The position numbers and the translations under genes are program-made. This document shows, in pieces, positions 27,239-32,000 of a stretch of 32,000 nucleotides of DNA (positions are counted from its first letter, which is position 1; every line of letters begins with the position of its first letter). Source of the DNA: Candidatus Pelagibacter sp. HTCC7211. Lineage in GTDB: Bacteria; Pseudomonadota; Alphaproteobacteria; Pelagibacterales; Pelagibacteraceae. The stretch covers positions 240,001-272,000 of the forward strand of contig NZ_DS995298.1 in NCBI RefSeq assembly GCF_000155895.1, given 5' to 3'. A model generated the notes under the pieces. It had not been told where the DNA came from and ran no database searches. It was given only the letters and a program-made list of their open reading frames with translations.

Positions 27239-28141
27239 TTAATCTACTTTAGTAATTAACATTAAAATAACTCCGCTAACAAATATTATAATTCCCAAAA
27301 TCTCACTAAATGTTGGTTTTTCTTTAAATAAATATTTTGAGGATAAATAACTAAAAAAAATTTCAATTTGACCTAAAGCTCTTATAAAAGAGGCTTGCAT
27401 TAAAGTAAAAGCATAGAACCACGACATCGTAGCCATAAATCCTGCAAATCCTGCTAAACAACTCTCTAATTTGTTATTATATAATTTTTTAAATTCTGAT
27501 CTTTCAAAAATTAAAAGATATACCGTTATGATAAAAGTTTGAATTACTAAACCTAAAAACAAAGTGCTTAATGCTTTTTCAAAATTAGATGAAAAGTTCT
27601 CTAGAGATAATGCGGCCGCTCTAAAATAAACTACGCTCAGACCTAAAAATAAACCTGATATTAACCCTATAAGAGTTGTCTTAGAAAAAAAATTATTAAA
27701 AAATAATTTTAGATCTTTAATTGTAATTATAATCACTCCCAGGGTAGCAATTATAATTCCAGTTATACCTAAAATATTTAATTTATCTTTTAGAATAATA
27801 TACTCGAATATGGCAACTTGTATTACTTCGGTTTTACTTAAAGAGGTTCCAACTACAAAATTTGAAAATTTAAAAAGATATAGTAAGACGAAGGTAAATA
27901 TAATTTGAAATATAGACGCTAAAATTACATAATAAAGAAAATTTGTCTGGGATAAGATCTCATTAATTATTTCAAAATTTTTAAAATAAATAAAAAATAA
28001 TAATGAAGCAAAAGGTAAAGCAAATACAAATCTTACATAGGTTGATGCAACTGTAGAAAGATCTTTATTTAATTTTTTTTGTAAAGACGATCTAAGGTTC
28101 TGAAAAAAAGCCCCAAATATAGTAACAATTATCCAATTCAT
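27239..28141 (-). CDS. EamA/DMT-superfamily transporter
   Basis: The 300-aa product has about 10 TM segments arranged as two similar halves, typical of EamA-domain permeases. Confidence 0.8.
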   Translation of the reverse strand: MNWIIVTIFGAFFQNLRSSLQKKLNKDLSTVASTYVRFVFALPFASLLFFIYFKNFEIINEILSQTNFLYYVILASIFQIIFTFVLLYLFKFSNFVVGTSLSKTEVIQVAIFEYIILKDKLNILGITGIIIATLGVIIITIKDLKLFFNNFFSKTTLIGLISGLFLGLSVVYFRAAALSLENFSSNFEKALSTLFLGLVIQTFIITVYLLIFERSEFKKLYNNKLESCLAGFAGFMATMSWFYAFTLMQASFIRALGQIEIFFSYLSSKYLFKEKPTFSEILGIIIFVSGVILMLITKVD

Positions 28142-28168
28142 AGATAATTATTATTATTGTATTTATTT

Positions 28169-28184
28169 TTAAAGTCGACTTTAA
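28169..28184. promoter_or_regulatory. 16-bp perfect palindrome TTAAAGTCGACTTTAA (candidate operator) in the divergent EamA/dctP spacer
   Basis: The perfect dyad was read directly from the sequence. It is centred about 41 nt upstream of the dctP ATG and about 35 nt upstream of the EamA ATG. It has a GC core (GTCGAC) in an otherwise AT-only 76-nt spacer. Confidence 0.35.
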
Positions 28185-28205
28185 TAGTCAGAATTAACAA
28201 TCGAT

Positions 28206-28211
28206 GAGGAG
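28206..28211 (+). promoter_or_regulatory. Shine-Dalgarno (GAGGAG) for dctP
   Basis: GAGGAG lies 6 nt upstream of the ATG at 28218. Confidence 0.65.
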
Positions 28212-28217
28212 ATAAAT

Positions 28218-29207
28218 ATGAAAATATTAAAAAAAATAATGTTTTCTTTAATTTTTGTATCTATAGCAAGCGTAAGTTTTGCTGAAACAAAAATGAGAAT
28301 AACGCTTCAGTTACCTTTAAAAGCACACTTAGGTCAAAATTTATTAGTGTTTAAAAAAGAGTTAGAAGCTAGATCAGACATAACGGTAGAAATTTATGAC
28401 TCTGCACAACTTTACAAAGATAAAGAAGTTCCACAAGCTGTGGGATCAGGAGCAATTGAAGCAGGTGTTGCATCTATAACAAGATTTGCTGGAACTAATC
28501 CTGAAGTAGATATTTTTTATTTACCGTTCTTGTTCGACTCTGAAGCTAAAATTAGAAAAGCAACTAGTGCAGGATCAGACATAAGAAAAATTTTAGATCC
28601 AGCAATAGCTAATACAGGGGCTGTGCCTTTATATTATCAAGCATATGGATCTGCGATTATGCTTTCTAATGGAGGACCAATGAAATCGCCTGCAGATTTT
28701 AAAGATAAAAAAATTAGAGTTTTTGGTAAAACGCTTGGTGCTTTCGTAAGCTCTCTAGGTGGAAAACCTGCTTTAATATCTGGATCAGAGCAATATTTAG
28801 CGTATCAAAGAAATACGGTTGATGCAGGTATGACTGGTGTATCTGGTGTTAAATCTAGAAAACTTTATCAGGTGATGGATACTTTAACAGTTACTAATCA
28901 TGGTGATATTGAGTTCATAGTAGTTGCAAATGATAAGTGGTTAAAATCTTTAACTCAAAAACAAAGAGATGCGATTGCAGCGGCATCAAAGGTAGCTGAA
29001 AAAGCAGTAAGAGATGATATGGCAAATATCGAAGCTGGCGCTTACAAAGAAGCTAAAGCTAATGGTATGAACATTGTTGAATTATCTAGCTCAGAAGTAT
29101 CAGCACTTAAGAAAGCTTCATCATCAGTAATACAAGACTATATTTCAAGAACTGGTGGTTCTGGAGGTGTAGGAGATAAGCTTGTAAAAGCAGCAAATAA
29201 ACTTTAA
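28218..29207 (+). CDS. dctP: TRAP transporter substrate-binding protein (DctP family)
   Basis: The 329-aa product has a signal peptide (MKILKKIMFSLIFVSIASVSFA). Its size and pattern fit the DctP family, and dctQ and dctM follow. Confidence 0.9.
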   Translation: MKILKKIMFSLIFVSIASVSFAETKMRITLQLPLKAHLGQNLLVFKKELEARSDITVEIYDSAQLYKDKEVPQAVGSGAIEAGVASITRFAGTNPEVDIFYLPFLFDSEAKIRKATSAGSDIRKILDPAIANTGAVPLYYQAYGSAIMLSNGGPMKSPADFKDKKIRVFGKTLGAFVSSLGGKPALISGSEQYLAYQRNTVDAGMTGVSGVKSRKLYQVMDTLTVTNHGDIEFIVVANDKWLKSLTQKQRDAIAAASKVAEKAVRDDMANIEAGAYKEAKANGMNIVELSSSEVSALKKASSSVIQDYISRTGGSGGVGDKLVKAANKL

Positions 29208-29219
29208 TTCAAAATTAAA

Positions 29220-29248
29220 CCCCACATATTTCTTATGTGGGGTTTTTT
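29220..29248 (+). terminator. Rho-independent terminator/attenuator between dctP and dctQ
   Basis: The sequence CCCCACATA-tttct-TATGTGGGG forms a 9-bp stem and is followed by TTTTTT. It begins 13 nt after the dctP stop. Confidence 0.8.
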
Positions 29249-29251
29249 AAT

Positions 29252-29728
29252 ATGGAAATTTACGACAAAATTATAAAATATTCCGGTTACTTAGCTTCTG
29301 CTTTGTTCATAACTATTGGCTTCATAGTTTCATACGAAGTAATAATGAGATATATTTTTAATTCACCAACTGTTTGGGTAAATGAAATTTCAAGATTTCT
29401 TCAAATATGGGCAACATATTTAGCATTAACATATACATTTCATAAAAAGGATTTTATTAGAATAACGGTTTTGTATGATAGGCTTAATGAGAAAGGTCAA
29501 AAAGTTTTAGATTTTATAAGTGCTATTTTTGTTTTAATATTTAGTTTATTTGTTTTGTACTTTGGGTGGTTAATTGCATACGATTCTTTTAAAGTAGGAA
29601 GAACTAGCTCAACAATTTTAGATGTGCCATCTTTTTTAACTGAATTTGCAATACCTTTATGTTTTGGTTTTTTGGTTATCCGAGTGATTGTGGAAATATA
29701 TTTGTTCTTAAAGGACTTATTTAAATGA
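29252..29728 (+). CDS. dctQ: TRAP transporter small permease (DctQ family)
   Basis: The product has four TM segments and fits the DctQ size and pattern. The ORF-track GTG start at 29237 lies inside the terminator stem, so the ATG at 29252 (MEIYDKIIKY...) is preferred. Confidence 0.85.
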   Translation: MEIYDKIIKYSGYLASALFITIGFIVSYEVIMRYIFNSPTVWVNEISRFLQIWATYLALTYTFHKKDFIRITVLYDRLNEKGQKVLDFISAIFVLIFSLFVLYFGWLIAYDSFKVGRTSSTILDVPSFLTEFAIPLCFGFLVIRVIVEIYLFLKDLFK

Positions 29729-30996
29729 CTGTAGCATTAATTTTATTTTTGCTATTTTTTATTCTTTTTTTGGGAGTTCCAATTGCATTTGGATTAGGAA
29801 CTATCGGTCTAGGATTAATGATTTTTGGAGACATTTCTCCCTTAATGGTCCCACAAACTTTTTATAGTGTTGCTGATAATTTCATCTTGTTAGCAGTTCC
29901 AATGTTTTTAATGATGTCAAATATCTTATTAAAAGCAGGTGTTGGTGAAGATTTATTCAAATTTGCTCAAAGTTGGGTAGGAAATTTTCCTGGAGGATTA
30001 GCCATTGCAACAATTGTTTCTTGCAGTATTTTTGCTGCAATTTCAGGATCATCTGTTGCAACCGCTGCCACAATTTCAACAGTTGCTTTTCCAGCAATGA
30101 TAAGTCGTGGTTATCATAGAAATTTCACCTTAGGCATATTGGCAGCTGGCGGTACACTTGGGATATTAATTCCGCCTTCTATACCAATGATTGTTTATGC
30201 TTTTGTCGTAGAAGAGTCAGTTTTAAGCATGTTTCTTGCAGGAATTGGACCTGGAATTGTTCTGGCATTATTCTTTATTATATTTTCAATAATTTATGTA
30301 AAATTTTTTAATAAAGAAGTTGTTAATGTAAAAAGTACTCTTGAAGAAAAAATAAAATATACAAAAAAGGGCTTACCAATTTTATTAATGGCATTCATAA
30401 TGCTTGGTGGTATTTATGCTGGTATTTACACCCCAACTGAGGCTGGTGGTATAGGTTTTTTGATATCATTTATTTATGTGGTTGCGAAAAAAAGATTAAG
30501 TTTTAAAGGATTTATTGAGGCTGGTCTTGAAACAATGAAAACAACTGTAACTATTTTCATAATTATAGCTGGCGCTAAAATATTTGGAAAAGCAATTTCA
30601 CTTTATAGAATTCCTCAAGAGTTATCTTCATTTATAGTTACAAATATAAATGAACAAGGCTTGTTTATACTTGTAGTTTGCATAACACTTTTAATTCTTG
30701 GATTTATAATGGAAACTTTATCGTTAATATTAATTATGATGCCGATTTTTTCTATTTCAATAGCGGCGATGAATATAGATTTAATTTGGTTTGGAATAAT
30801 TTTTACTTTAATGATTGAATGTGCTTTAATTACTCCACCAGTTGGTTTAAATATTTATGTTTTACAAGCAATTGGAAAAGCTAAAATGTCTGAAATTGCA
30901 AAAGGAGTGATACCATTTGTAATAATAATGTTGTTCACCGTTTTTGTTATTTACTTATTTCCTGATTTAGCTTTATATATACCTTTTAAATTATAG
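29725..30996 (+). CDS. dctM: TRAP transporter large permease (DctM family)
   Basis: The 423-aa polytopic product has the DctM pattern (..LLAVPMFLMMSNILLKAG...AISGSSVATAATI...GTLGILIPPSIPMI..). It has an ATGA overlap with dctQ. Confidence 0.92.
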   Translation: MTVALILFLLFFILFLGVPIAFGLGTIGLGLMIFGDISPLMVPQTFYSVADNFILLAVPMFLMMSNILLKAGVGEDLFKFAQSWVGNFPGGLAIATIVSCSIFAAISGSSVATAATISTVAFPAMISRGYHRNFTLGILAAGGTLGILIPPSIPMIVYAFVVEESVLSMFLAGIGPGIVLALFFIIFSIIYVKFFNKEVVNVKSTLEEKIKYTKKGLPILLMAFIMLGGIYAGIYTPTEAGGIGFLISFIYVVAKKRLSFKGFIEAGLETMKTTVTIFIIIAGAKIFGKAISLYRIPQELSSFIVTNINEQGLFILVVCITLLILGFIMETLSLILIMMPIFSISIAAMNIDLIWFGIIFTLMIECALITPPVGLNIYVLQAIGKAKMSEIAKGVIPFVIIMLFTVFVIYLFPDLALYIPFKL

Positions 30997-30998
30997 TT

Positions 30999-31874
30999 AT
31001 GTTTTCTAAAATTAAATCAAAAGATAAGGCATCTAAATTAAGAGAGAAACTTAACGCAAAAGGCGTGATTGTAATGCCTGGATGCTTCGACTCTTTATCT
31101 GCAAAACTAATTGAAAAAGAGGGTTTAGATGTTGGTTTTATGTCAGGTTTTTGTGTTTCTTCAACTAGATTAGGTATGCCTGACACTGGTTTAATCTCTT
31201 TTTCTGAAATGGTAGATCAAGTAAGAAATATTTGTAACTCAACATCCATTCCAATTATTTTTGATGGCGATACGGGTTATGGTAATTCAGTAAACGTATT
31301 TAGAACTGTTAGAGGTTACGCAGACGCTGGTGCAGCTGGAGTAATGATAGAGGATCAAAAATGGCCAAAAAAATGTGGACACACTAAAGGAAAAGATGTT
31401 GTGGATTTAGATGAAGCAAAATCGCGTATTAAAGCTGCTGTAGATGCAAGAAATTATGGCGATAATGACATTTTAATTATGGCTAGAACAGATGCTATTG
31501 CAACAAGAGGACTGGATGATGCAATTAACAGAATGAAGATATTTTCTGAAATTGGAGCTGATATTTTATTTATTGAAGCTGTAAAATCTAAAGATGATAT
31601 GAAGAGAATTATAAAAGAAGTTCCTGGACATCACATGATAAATTTAATTGAAGATGGAGATACACCGTTATTAGAAATAAATGAACTAGAGCAAATTGGT
31701 TACAAGATTGCAGTAATGCCTTTAACGCTGATGAGCGCTTCAGTAAAAACAATGCAAGAATGTTTAAAGAATATGAAAAATAAAGTTTATAATACAAATG
31801 TAACTAAATTTTCTGAATTAAGAGATATTGTAGGATTTAATGAGTATTATAAAATTGAGGATAAATATAAGTAA
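30999..31874 (+). CDS. Isocitrate lyase/PEP mutase superfamily C-C lyase (annotated in this family as carboxyvinyl-carboxyphosphonate phosphorylmutase / 2,3-dimethylmalate lyase / oxaloacetate decarboxylase-like)
   Basis: Superfamily motifs are present: DGDTGYG, MIEDQKWPKKCGHTKGK (catalytic-loop Cys as in the lyases, not as in true PEP mutases), MARTDA and FIEA. From memory, WPKKCGH and the C-terminal FSE..........Y...E.K(Y/F)K most resemble the plant petal-death-protein / dimethylmalate-lyase clade rather than PrpB (KRCGH). Confidence 0.88.
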   Translation: MFSKIKSKDKASKLREKLNAKGVIVMPGCFDSLSAKLIEKEGLDVGFMSGFCVSSTRLGMPDTGLISFSEMVDQVRNICNSTSIPIIFDGDTGYGNSVNVFRTVRGYADAGAAGVMIEDQKWPKKCGHTKGKDVVDLDEAKSRIKAAVDARNYGDNDILIMARTDAIATRGLDDAINRMKIFSEIGADILFIEAVKSKDDMKRIIKEVPGHHMINLIEDGDTPLLEINELEQIGYKIAVMPLTLMSASVKTMQECLKNMKNKVYNTNVTKFSELRDIVGFNEYYKIEDKYK

Positions 31875-31896
31875 TTAATATCAATATTATCCAACA

Positions 31897-32000
31897 TTAT
31901 TTTTTTTCCATTAACCATAGATAGTTCCCAGCTAAAAAATAAATTTTTCCATTTTTTGGATGAACTTGTATATCTCTTATTCTTCCAATTTCATTTTTAA
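31897..32000 (-). CDS. 3' end of a CDS entering from the right edge; C-terminus resembles soluble PQQ-dependent glucose/sorbosone dehydrogenases
   Basis: Manual minus-strand translation gives ...KNEIGRIRDIQVHPKNGKIYFLAGNYLWLMEKK*. The pattern RIRD(V/I)...P.G.(I/L)Y.L is typical of the last propeller blade of YliI-like dehydrogenases. Only 33 codons are visible. Confidence 0.4.
   Translation of the reverse strand, partial: KNEIGRIRDIQVHPKNGKIYFLAGNYLWLMEKK

Noticed and set aside
4983-31797. Other internal antisense ORFs in the track: 4983-5249(-), 8566-8784(-), 9295-9639(+), 19548-19769(+), 20307-20552(+), 21137-21325(+), 21428-21652(+), 23831-24142(-), 24278-24493(-), 24282-24602(-), 25400-25669(-), 26510-26692(+), 30986-31186(-), 31609-31797(-)
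   Set aside because: Each is fully or largely nested opposite a confidently identified gene: GNAT, ubiH-like, LonN, acs, EVE, tsaD, mscS, folD, MBL hydrolase, dctM or the lyase. Each has a compositionally odd translation with no recognisable motif, which makes them shadow frames.
1-32000. CRISPR arrays, defence islands, prophage or IS elements, rRNA or other structured ncRNA genes
   Set aside because: There are no repeat-spacer periodicity, no nuclease, transposase or integrase-like ORFs, and no non-coding gap longer than about 134 nt. Every large ORF is accounted for by a housekeeping or transport family or a small conserved-looking gene.

Overview
The window is very AT-rich, almost gap-free and densely coding. 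There are about 41 CDS and one tRNA, and intergenic spacers are mostly 0-30 nt. Gene content and synteny are alphaproteobacterial: hslVU divergent from hisBHAFE, ftsK-lolA, tsaD divergent from hemC, and rpe-(heparinase II/III-like)-purH. Together with the extreme compaction, this suggests a streamlined marine SAR11/Pelagibacter-type genome; that is an inference from composition and synteny, not a database hit. Nearly everything here is core housekeeping: histidine, purine, heme and folate biosynthesis, HslUV, FtsK, TsaD and Acs. There are also three transport modules: a DUF4212 + sodium:solute symporter pair, a TRAP DctPQM system, and an EamA exporter. I found no rRNA, CRISPR array, transposase, integrase, phage gene or recognisable defence system, and no recognisable transcription-factor gene. 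I therefore cannot support a claim that a dramatic novel system is present. The items most worth a second look are listed below.
- The acetyl-CoA synthetase carries a roughly 33-aa poly-lysine N-terminal extension encoded by long poly(A) runs.
- An unrecognisable 207-aa ORF sits on the opposite strand between acs and the putative acetate symporter.
- A TRAP transporter is fused in an operon with a lyase of the isocitrate-lyase/PEP-mutase superfamily that has a petal-death-protein-like motif. A 16-bp perfect palindrome precedes this operon, and an intrinsic attenuator follows dctP.
- A PAPS-type sulfotransferase lies directly after tRNA-Gly.
- An EVE-domain protein is translationally coupled to tsaD.
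- Gene packing relies heavily on TAATG/ATGA stop-start overlaps and on stop-stop overlaps between convergent genes.
Four ORF-track starts look wrong and are corrected in the feature list: hslV, the ubiH-like gene, purH and dctQ.
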